Origin: Alphaproteobacteria bacterium MarineAlpha5_Bin9
Lineage (GTDB): Bacteria; Pseudomonadota; Alphaproteobacteria; HIMB59; GCA-002718135
NCBI GenBank assembly: GCA_002937895.1
Contig: PTKV01000004.1
Coordinates: 11,496 to 75,495 of the forward strand
Length of the DNA stretch: 64,000 bases
Direction: 5' to 3'
Shown here one piece after another: positions 22,315 to 33,827 of this stretch. The translations under genes were made by a program, and so were the position numbers. The notes below the pieces were generated by a model that saw only the letters and a list, made by a program, of their open reading frames with translations, had not been told where the DNA came from and searched no databases. How positions within the stretch are numbered: position 1 is the stretch's first letter; each line of letters opens with the position of its first letter.

Positions 22315-23055
22315 TTAAATTGTTTTATATCCAATGTGTAAAGAAACAATCCCATTAAAAAAATTAATATTTGAAACATTATTAAATCCTTTTTTAATTA
22401 AAATTGCTTTTAAGAGTTCTTGATTTGGGAACATACTAATACTCTGGTCTAAATAATTATATGCGTCTTCATTTTTAGCAATGTATTTACCAATTTTAGG
22501 TATTATTTTTGATTTATAAAAATCATAAAATTTTGACAAAGATTTTAACTTTGGGGAACTAAATTCTAAACAATAAAAAATACCATTAGGTTTTAAAACT
22601 CTAAGAGCTTCGTCTAGAGCAGTCTCCATAAAAGTTATATTTCTCAAGCAAAAAGAAATTACATATTTATCAAAGCTATTATTTTTAAATGGTAAATTTT
22701 CTGCATTTGCATTTATAAAAATATTGTTACATTTATTTTTTTTCTTTTTTTCCAAACCTACTTTTAACATATCTAAATTTAAGTCTACAGATGTTACAAA
22801 AGCATTTGGATTTTTTTTATAAATTTGAAAAGCAAGATCTCCTGTTCCCGCACCTATATCAATTATATTTTCATTATTTTCTATATTCATGATTTCAATC
22901 AGTTCTTTTTTCCACAGTCTATGGAAGCCTAAACTCATAAGATCATTCATCAAGTCATATTTTTGTGAAATTTTAGAAAAAACCTCTTGAACCATTGGGG
23001 TTTTTTTATTTTTATTGATTTTTAACTTGCCAAAATGATATTTTAGTTTTTCCAT
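22315..23055 (-). CDS. ubiE: demethylmenaquinone/ubiquinone C-methyltransferase
   Basis: 246 aa with the motifs YDLMNDLMSLGFHRLWK and DIGAGTGD. Confidence 0.88.
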   Translation of the reverse strand: MEKLKYHFGKLKINKNKKTPMVQEVFSKISQKYDLMNDLMSLGFHRLWKKELIEIMNIENNENIIDIGAGTGDLAFQIYKKNPNAFVTSVDLNLDMLKVGLEKKKKNKCNNIFINANAENLPFKNNSFDKYVISFCLRNITFMETALDEALRVLKPNGIFYCLEFSSPKLKSLSKFYDFYKSKIIPKIGKYIAKNEDAYNYLDQSISMFPNQELLKAILIKKGFNNVSNINFFNGIVSLHIGYKTI

Positions 23056-23067
23056 AAATATATATTT

Positions 23068-23907
23068 ATGCCAGAATTACCTGAAGTTCAAACAACAGTA
23101 AATGCCTTAAAGTTGATAGAAAAATCAAAAATAATTAAAATAAGAATTATCCTAAGAAAATTAAGGAATTTAATACCTGTTAATATTTCTAGAAAGATAA
23201 GAAATACGTCTGTTTTAGAGGTATATAGAATAGCTAAATATATAATTATTTCATTAGATAACAAAAATTCTCTAATAATACACTTGGGCATGTCTGGAAG
23301 ATTAAAGATAAAAAAATTAAAAGAATATAAAAAACAAAAACATGATCATGTGCTAATTTTTTTTAAAAAAAATATATTAATTTTTAATGATCCTAGAAGA
23401 TTTGGTATTTTTGATTATGATTTAACATTTTCCTTATCTAAAAATAAATATTTTCATAAAATAGGTTTAGATCCTTTTGATAAATCATTGACTAGTGTTA
23501 ATTTTCATCGAAAATGTAAAATTTCTAAAAGATCTATCAAACAAATACTCCTAGATCAAAGAATTATTTCAGGAATTGGCAATATATATGCTAGTGAAAT
23601 ATTGTTTGATGCAAAAATTTCACCCTTTATATTAGGAAATCAATTAAACATAAGTGATGTTTCAAATTTATTAATTTCTATTCGTAAGATTCTGAATAAG
23701 GCAATAAAGTTGGGCGGATCTTCTTTAAGAGATTATGTATCAGTAGATGGCACATTAGGAAATTTTCAAAATTATTTCAAAGTTTATGGTAAACAGGGTA
23801 AAAAAATTAATGGTTGCACTATTTTAAAGACTATCCAACATGGAAGATCAACTTTTTATTGTCCTGACTTGCAAAATAACATAAATTATAGTTCTAATTT
23901 AGATTGA
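23068..23907 (+). CDS. mutM: formamidopyrimidine-DNA glycosylase
   Basis: 279 aa with an MPELPEV N-terminus and an H2TH region. The C-terminal finger retains only 2 of the 4 canonical cysteines (see findings). Confidence 0.9.
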   Translation: MPELPEVQTTVNALKLIEKSKIIKIRIILRKLRNLIPVNISRKIRNTSVLEVYRIAKYIIISLDNKNSLIIHLGMSGRLKIKKLKEYKKQKHDHVLIFFKKNILIFNDPRRFGIFDYDLTFSLSKNKYFHKIGLDPFDKSLTSVNFHRKCKISKRSIKQILLDQRIISGIGNIYASEILFDAKISPFILGNQLNISDVSNLLISIRKILNKAIKLGGSSLRDYVSVDGTLGNFQNYFKVYGKQGKKINGCTILKTIQHGRSTFYCPDLQNNINYSSNLD

Positions 23908-23938
23908 TATTTAGATCAATATGTAATAAGTGGCCATT

Positions 23939-24205
23939 ATGGGTAATCATAAATCAGCTCAAAAAAGAGCACGACAGTCAATTAGAAAAAATAATGTTAA
24001 TAAGGAAGTAATAGGCAGATTAAGAACTAGCATAAAGCAATTTTATAAAATTCTAGATAATAAAGATGGCGATAATGTCAAAAGTGCCAGCAAAATCCTT
24101 AGTTTGTGCAATTCTAATCTATCAAAAGCTGTTAAAAGAGGAATAATCACTAAAAAATATGCTTCTAGAAAGTTATCCTCATTATCCAGTCAATTAAAAA
24201 AATAA
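23939..24205 (+). CDS. rpsT: 30S ribosomal protein S20
   Basis: S20-like N-terminus MGNHKSAQKRARQS. The ORF track starts at a GTG at 23930, but the ATG at 23939 matches the usual S20 N-terminus better. Confidence 0.9.
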   Translation: MGNHKSAQKRARQSIRKNNVNKEVIGRLRTSIKQFYKILDNKDGDNVKSASKILSLCNSNLSKAVKRGIITKKYASRKLSSLSSQLKK

Positions 24206-24349
24206 TTTTTTTTTTAAAATAAATTCACTTTTCTTCTTGATTAAATCAAGTAAAGAGTATTTTGTTTTATTAGGTTTATTGATTTATATTTTAGTGTCTT
24301 TTGATCTTTTACACTAAAACCCATACTAAAAGATCTTGATGGTAATTGG

Positions 24350-25744
24350 ATGATTGTTTCTACTGATGATTTTAATGATAAAGATTGGTTAAATTTTAAG
24401 AAAAAATTAAAAAAGGATATAGGCGACACAGCATATAAAAATTGGTTAAAACAATTAGAGTTTTTGTCATTTGAAAGTGAGACCCTTTCTTTATCGGTTC
24501 CCACTAAATTTTTAAGAGATTGGATTGTAAATCATTATTCAGATAAAATTAAGATACATTCACAAAAATTTAATAAAAATATAAAGATTCTTAAAATAGT
24601 AGTTAAACCTGTGGGCGGTAGGATTTTACATGGAACTGCCAGAACTGTTAAACCTGATCAAAACAAGTTTAATCAAACTTATGATATTAGAAATAACCAA
24701 TATGTAAATTCTTCAGAAGAATTTGGAGCGCCTTTAGATCCAAGATTTGATTTTGAAAATTTTGTTGTAGGCAAACCAAATGAATTAGCTTTTGCAGCAG
24801 CCCAAAGAGTTGCTGAAGCAGACAAGGTATCTTTTAATCCTTTGTTTTTATACGGTGGAGTAGGTTTAGGTAAAACTCATTTAATGCATGCTATTGGATG
24901 GAAAATTAAAAATAAATCTCCAGATAGAAAAGTTGTATATTTATCAGCTGAAAAATTTATGTATCAATTTGTTAGAGCTTTAAGATATAAAGATACATCA
25001 GCCTTCAAAGAACAATTTAGATCTATTGATGTTTTGATGATTGATGATGTTCAATTTATTAGTGGGAAAGATAATACTCAAGAAGAATTTTTTCATACTT
25101 TCAATGCGTTGGTTGAGCAAAATCGACAAATAGTAATTTCTGCTGACCAATCACCTTCAGATTTAGACGGTGTCCAAGAAAGATTAAAGTCTAGACTAGG
25201 GTGTGGACTTGTTGCTGATATTCATCCAACTACTTATGAATTAAGATTAGGTATTTTAATGGAAAAAGCAAAAAAAAGAGGTGTAGAAATACCCCCTAAA
25301 GTTTTAGAATTTCTTTCTCATAGAATTATATCTAATGTTAGAGAAATGGAAGGGGCATTAAATAGATTGGTTGCTCATGCAACTTTGGTAGGAACAACAA
25401 TTACTGTTGAAACTGCCCAAGAGGTTTTACAAGATTTAATTAGAACAAATAATAAAAGAATTACAATAGAAGAAATTCAAAAGAAGGTAGCTGAACATTA
25501 TAATATTAGATTAACCGATATGCACTCTTCAAGAAGATCGAGATCTGTTGCTAGGCCTAGGCAAGTGGCAATGTATCTTGCTAAATCTATTACTTCCAGG
25601 TCTTTGCCTGAAATTGGTAGAAAATTTGGAGGAAGAGATCATACAACAGTTATGCATGCAGTAAAAAAAATAGAAGAACTTAAAGTCCAAGATCCAAATT
25701 TTCATGAAGACATTGAATTATTAAAAAGATTGATAGATTGTTAA
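24350..25744 (+). CDS. dnaA: chromosomal replication initiator DnaA
   Basis: 464 aa with AAA+ Walker A GGVGLGKTHL and a C-terminal DnaA-box-binding domain, in the rpsT-dnaA-dnaN order. Confidence 0.95.
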   Translation: MIVSTDDFNDKDWLNFKKKLKKDIGDTAYKNWLKQLEFLSFESETLSLSVPTKFLRDWIVNHYSDKIKIHSQKFNKNIKILKIVVKPVGGRILHGTARTVKPDQNKFNQTYDIRNNQYVNSSEEFGAPLDPRFDFENFVVGKPNELAFAAAQRVAEADKVSFNPLFLYGGVGLGKTHLMHAIGWKIKNKSPDRKVVYLSAEKFMYQFVRALRYKDTSAFKEQFRSIDVLMIDDVQFISGKDNTQEEFFHTFNALVEQNRQIVISADQSPSDLDGVQERLKSRLGCGLVADIHPTTYELRLGILMEKAKKRGVEIPPKVLEFLSHRIISNVREMEGALNRLVAHATLVGTTITVETAQEVLQDLIRTNNKRITIEEIQKKVAEHYNIRLTDMHSSRRSRSVARPRQVAMYLAKSITSRSLPEIGRKFGGRDHTTVMHAVKKIEELKVQDPNFHEDIELLKRLIDC

Positions 25745-25771
25745 CTATTTTTTTTATATAATCTTTACATT

Positions 25772-26887
25772 ATGAAAATTTCAATTGATAGAAATATTAT
25801 ATTTAAATCCTTAAACCATGTTCAGAGCATAGTTGATAAAAAGAATACTATTCCAATTTTATCTAATATTTTGTTAGAAGCATCAAATTCAAATTTAACA
25901 TTAACAGCTACTGACATGGATTTATCAATAAAAACTAATATAAGTTGTTCAGTTGTTGAAGAGGGCTCCATTACTGTTCCTGCCCATACACTTTATGATA
26001 TCGTTAGAAAAATCCCAGATGGAAATGAGATAGAATTTATATCAAATGATGGAAAGAAGTTTTCCATAAGATCTGGAAAATCTAAATTTTCTCTATCTTG
26101 TCTTCCTAAAGATGACTTTCCATCAATAGCAATAGACTCGCTGCAGTATGAATTTTCAATAAATGGAAGGGACTTATTATCGATAATAGATAAAACAAAA
26201 TTTGCAATATCCAATGAAGAAACTAGATATTTTTTAAATGGTATATATTTCCACAAAAATACAGAGAAAAATGATAGTTTTTTAACCTTAGTTTCAACAG
26301 ATGGGCATAGATTGGCAAAAATGGATTTAATACCAGAAAAAAATATTGATGATCTTCCTGGTGTTATAGTGCCTAAAAAAACGATACAAGAATTAACTAA
26401 ACTTTTAGCAGAATTTGATCAAGAAGTTGTAATAAATGTTGATCCTAACAAAATTATTTTTTTTATTAATAATAGTATTTTAATATCTAAAGTAATTGAT
26501 GGAAACTTTCCCGATTATACAAAAGTAATTCCTTCCAACAACCTTAATGTATTAAAAGTAAACAGAGAATTATTTTGTGAGGCTGTAGATAGGGTTAGCA
26601 CTATTACCAATGAAAGATCAAGAGCTATTAAATTTAGATTATTTAATAATTTAGTAAATATTACAGCTTCTAATTCTGAAAATGGGTCTGCTTCAGAAGA
26701 TATACAGGCTGAATATAATGGTAAAGAGATTGAAATAGGTTTTAATTCAAAATATATTTTAGAAATGATTAGTCAGCTTGAAGATGAATATGTAATTCTT
26801 AAATTTAATGATGAAAATTCACCTATGATAGCAAATGAATCTTCTAATGCAAATTTAATATATGTTTTAATGCCAATGCGCGTGTAA
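25772..26887 (+). CDS. dnaN: DNA polymerase III beta sliding clamp
   Basis: 371 aa three-domain clamp sequence ending LMPMRV. Confidence 0.93.
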   Translation: MKISIDRNIIFKSLNHVQSIVDKKNTIPILSNILLEASNSNLTLTATDMDLSIKTNISCSVVEEGSITVPAHTLYDIVRKIPDGNEIEFISNDGKKFSIRSGKSKFSLSCLPKDDFPSIAIDSLQYEFSINGRDLLSIIDKTKFAISNEETRYFLNGIYFHKNTEKNDSFLTLVSTDGHRLAKMDLIPEKNIDDLPGVIVPKKTIQELTKLLAEFDQEVVINVDPNKIIFFINNSILISKVIDGNFPDYTKVIPSNNLNVLKVNRELFCEAVDRVSTITNERSRAIKFRLFNNLVNITASNSENGSASEDIQAEYNGKEIEIGFNSKYILEMISQLEDEYVILKFNDENSPMIANESSNANLIYVLMPMRV

Positions 26888-26894
26888 TAAAAAC

Positions 26895-30480
<3,586 letters not shown>

Positions 30481-30549
30481 AATTTATCAAAACACATTTT
30501 TTCTTCTAAAGACAATCTTTACCTATTTTATTAATTTAAATTTATAAAT

Positions 30550-31584
30550 ATGCTATCAATAATTGTACCAGTTTTTAACGAATTAAATTATTTAAAAAAA
30601 TTTACCACTAGATTAGAAGAAGCTTATATAAATGAACAAGATGTCGAATATATTTATATTAATGACGGTTCTACAGATGGTTCTAAAGAATGGTTACAAA
30701 AATATATTGAGGAAAAAGAAAATTCAGAAACAATAAATAAATATAAAATATTGGAGATTGATAAAAATAAAGGAAAAGGATTTGCTGTCCGAAAAGGAAT
30801 TGAAAATTCTAAAGGTAATTATTTATTATTTCATGACTCAGATTTAGAACTGGATCCTATGGATTCTAAAGAAATGTATGAAATTATAAAAAAAAATAAA
30901 GAGATGGAAGTTTTATTTGGTAGTAGGTTTAGTTCTGGTAAATTAAGATCAAATAAATATTTTCTTAATACCTTGATAGTAAAAATTAATACTTTTTTGT
31001 TTAATATTTTATTTCAACAATCTTTAACTGATTTGCATTGTGGAATGAAAATTGTATCAAGAAGAGCAATTGAAAAACTAAATTTAAAAGTTAATGATTT
31101 TGGTTTTGAAATAGATATATCCTCTCAGATTGCAAAAAATAATATAAAAATATATGAATATGGAGTAAGCTATTTTGCGAGAACAATTGATGAAGGTAAG
31201 AAAATTACCTGGTTTGATGGATTACTGAGTTATTTTTATTTATTTAAACTTAGATATTTAGATAATGATATATCTATACTAATATCAATATTATATTCAT
31301 CATTTTATATGGCTTTTATAGCCTCTTATTTTAGTATGGGCATAGGTAAAATCATCTTAGTAATTGTATTACTAATTTTGGGGAGCTTTATAGGATTGAA
31401 GTATAAATTGTTCCCATCATCCTTAATTTTTTTAACTATTTTTGTAAGTAGTTTTTTTAGTAAAGGAAACGGAAAATATTTAGCGACTTTTATTGGTGTT
31501 GTTTTAGGTTATCTTATAGCTAATTTTGTTAGCAAAAAAATTAACAAAATTACTAATAATAAAATTATTAATTTTTTTGTTTAA
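30550..31584 (+). CDS. family 2 glycosyltransferase with C-terminal transmembrane segment region
   Basis: 344 aa with a GT-A N-terminus (IIVPVFNE), a DxD-type motif HDSDLE, and 3-4 hydrophobic helices in the last ~110 aa. Confidence 0.8.
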   Translation: MLSIIVPVFNELNYLKKFTTRLEEAYINEQDVEYIYINDGSTDGSKEWLQKYIEEKENSETINKYKILEIDKNKGKGFAVRKGIENSKGNYLLFHDSDLELDPMDSKEMYEIIKKNKEMEVLFGSRFSSGKLRSNKYFLNTLIVKINTFLFNILFQQSLTDLHCGMKIVSRRAIEKLNLKVNDFGFEIDISSQIAKNNIKIYEYGVSYFARTIDEGKKITWFDGLLSYFYLFKLRYLDNDISILISILYSSFYMAFIASYFSMGIGKIILVIVLLILGSFIGLKYKLFPSSLIFLTIFVSSFFSKGNGKYLATFIGVVLGYLIANFVSKKINKITNNKIINFFV

Positions 31585-32881
31585 TATTAGTAATTATTAA
31601 ACATATTCCTATAATAAAAAATGTACTTACTCCCATCCAATTTTTTAATAGACTTCCTGTAGACATAAACGGCCAAAACAAAATTACAAATGTAGCCAGT
31701 GAAATAGGAGTGTATTCATTGGCAATTTTTTTATAGATAAACAGTAATAGAGAAGAGATATATATAATAAATATTATTAACCCAAACAAACCTGTTTCTA
31801 CAAACCACTGTATATAAAAATTATGTGGATGTGTAACACAATTATAATTCTTAATTTTGTTTTTATATTTTTCATCATTATTGCAAAGATAAGTAAAATT
31901 ATTTAATCCTATACCACTCCAAAAATTATCTTTTATCATTTGATAACTTAAAAGATAAATTTGTCCATATGCTGAATCTGAAAAATTATATATAACCTTC
32001 ATAAAATCAGGTTGTAGCAAAATTATTTTTTTACATTTAATGTCAGTTTTATTTATACATTCTACTTCTTTTTCAACTTTTAAACCAAGATGATAAGGAG
32101 TTGATTCTATAATTTTATAATCATTGTAAATAGGATGAAATTTATTTAGAGCTAAAATTGATAAAAAAATAAATAATAATGAAATCATAAATATAATTCT
32201 TTTATTTTTATATATTAACATTAATAAAAAAAGGCCTAGTAAATAGGTTGCTAAAGCCATGCGTTCACCTGACATAAATATTATTGAACCAGAGATAGAT
32301 ATATATATTATTGATAATATTATTTTTAATTTATGATTATTTATAAAGGAAAAAATTGGAATTAATCCAAAAAGAGAAAATTTCGAAATATAAGAACCAG
32401 GAATTAGATCTCTAAAAGGTCCGCTTAATCTCCCATAAAACTCTGGAATGTATCCAAATATATCTTTTCCAAAGCCGTAAGCTGGGTCATATTTTAGAAA
32501 TTGAAAAAATGAATCAATACAAACAAACAAAACTGATGCTAAAATAATACTAGAAAGTAGACTAATTTTTTTATTACTATCAAAAATCCAATAATACATG
32601 AAAATAGGTATTAAAAGAATTCTTATAAAAATTATAGCATCTCTATAAGCAAGCAATTTATTTTGAGCAAATAAACTTATGAAGATTAAAAACAACCAAA
32701 ACAAAATAGATATAATTACAAAATTATTATGTATACTTTTAATTTGTTTTTTAAAAAAAAATATACTTAAAAATAATATTCCTATCAAGGTTATGCTTAT
32801 ATCTGGTAATGCAGGTCCACTTATTAGGCTTAAAGGCAATAAAAGAATTAAGAAATATGAAAATTTATATGCGATATTCAT
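31568..32881 (-). CDS. O-antigen ligase / Wzy_C-family polytopic membrane protein (WaaL, Wzy or PglL-type; not distinguishable here)
   Basis: 437 aa with at least 10 hydrophobic segments. A large loop is followed by GIGLNNF ... HPHNFYIQWFVETGLFG, matching the Wzy_C signature. Confidence 0.7.
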   Translation of the reverse strand: MNIAYKFSYFLILLLPLSLISGPALPDISITLIGILFLSIFFFKKQIKSIHNNFVIISILFWLFLIFISLFAQNKLLAYRDAIIFIRILLIPIFMYYWIFDSNKKISLLSSIILASVLFVCIDSFFQFLKYDPAYGFGKDIFGYIPEFYGRLSGPFRDLIPGSYISKFSLFGLIPIFSFINNHKLKIILSIIYISISGSIIFMSGERMALATYLLGLFLLMLIYKNKRIIFMISLLFIFLSILALNKFHPIYNDYKIIESTPYHLGLKVEKEVECINKTDIKCKKIILLQPDFMKVIYNFSDSAYGQIYLLSYQMIKDNFWSGIGLNNFTYLCNNDEKYKNKIKNYNCVTHPHNFYIQWFVETGLFGLIIFIIYISSLLLFIYKKIANEYTPISLATFVILFWPFMSTGSLLKNWMGVSTFFIIGICLIITNIKQKN

Positions 32882-33825
32882 TTGCTAATTAGTTCAACAA
32901 ATACATCTTCTAAATCACTTTCATAAGTATTAATTTCATTAAATTTAATTGAATGTTGATTTAATATTTCTATTATTTCTCTAATATTATTAATATTTTT
33001 ATCATAATTTAAAGTTAATATATTATTATTTAAAGTTGGGTTATATACAGATAATATATCAGGAATATTTATTTTTGAAGATTCTAAGATAAATCTTGCT
33101 GTTTTTTTCCCTATCAAATTTAAAATATTTTTTTTTGTGTCATCTTTTAGTATTTTACCTTTATTTATTATAATAATATTATCACATAATTTTTCTGCTT
33201 CTTCTAAATAATGAGTAGTCAAACATATTGTAGTCCCATTATTTTTTAATTCAGAGACATACTCCCAAATATTTTGTCTTATTTCAAAATCAACACCTGC
33301 TGTTGGTTCATCTAGAATTAGAACATCTGGCTGATGAACTAAAGCTTTAGCAACTAATAATCTTCTTCTCATACCTCCTGACAAATTTCTTGCATAAGAG
33401 TTTTTTTGTTCAAGCAATCCCACTTTTTCCAAAATTTCATTAGTTTTTCTATCTTTGTTTTTAACTCCATACATGCCTGCCTGAAGTTCTAATAATTCTA
33501 AAGGTGTAAAAAAAGGATCCATATTTAATTCTTGAGGAACAATACCTATCTTTCTTCTGGATTCCTTAGGATTAATCTCAGTGTCAATTTCACATATACT
33601 TACTTTTCCACTATCTTTTTTTACTAAACCCCCTAAAATATTTATAAATGTAGATTTACCGGCACCATTAGGTCCTAAAAGTCCATATATAGACCCTTTG
33701 GGAATTTTAATGTTAAAATTAGTTAAAGCATGAACCATACCGAAGTTTTTTTTATTGAAAGTTTTATTTAGATCTTTAGCTTGTATTGCATATTTATAAT
33801 ATTTCATGTTTTGACTTATACACAT
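32878..33825 (-). CDS. ABC transporter ATP-binding protein (ABC-2/YadG-like), no adjacent ABC-2 permease
   Basis: 315 aa with Walker A GPNGAGKST, signature LSGGMRRRL and Walker B ILDEPT. A likelier start at the second Met would put the 5' end at 33807. Confidence 0.88.
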   Translation of the reverse strand: MCISQNMKYYKYAIQAKDLNKTFNKKNFGMVHALTNFNIKIPKGSIYGLLGPNGAGKSTFINILGGLVKKDSGKVSICEIDTEINPKESRRKIGIVPQELNMDPFFTPLELLELQAGMYGVKNKDRKTNEILEKVGLLEQKNSYARNLSGGMRRRLLVAKALVHQPDVLILDEPTAGVDFEIRQNIWEYVSELKNNGTTICLTTHYLEEAEKLCDNIIIINKGKILKDDTKKNILNLIGKKTARFILESSKINIPDILSVYNPTLNNNILTLNYDKNINNIREIIEILNQHSIKFNEINTYESDLEDVFVELISK

Positions 33826-33827
33826 AA

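Noticed and set aside
23930-23938. GTG start for rpsT given by the ORF track
   Set aside because: The ATG at 23939 yields MGNHKSAQKRARQ, which matches the usual S20 N-terminus. The extra three codons are probably not translated, though this is not certain.
24206-24349. Chromosomal replication origin (oriC) next to dnaA
   Set aside because: The spacer is only 144 bp. It has no cluster of consensus DnaA boxes and no obvious AT-rich 13-mer-type unwinding repeats distinguishable from the AT-rich background. Gene orientation does not switch here. Alphaproteobacterial origins are often elsewhere (for example near hemE). A cumulative GC-skew calculation on the whole genome would be needed.
30550-33825. 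GT2/Wzy_C/ABC module as a horizontally acquired island
   Set aside because: Base composition and codon style look the same as the flanks by eye. There is no flanking tRNA, integrase, transposase or direct repeats. It is treated as a native envelope locus.
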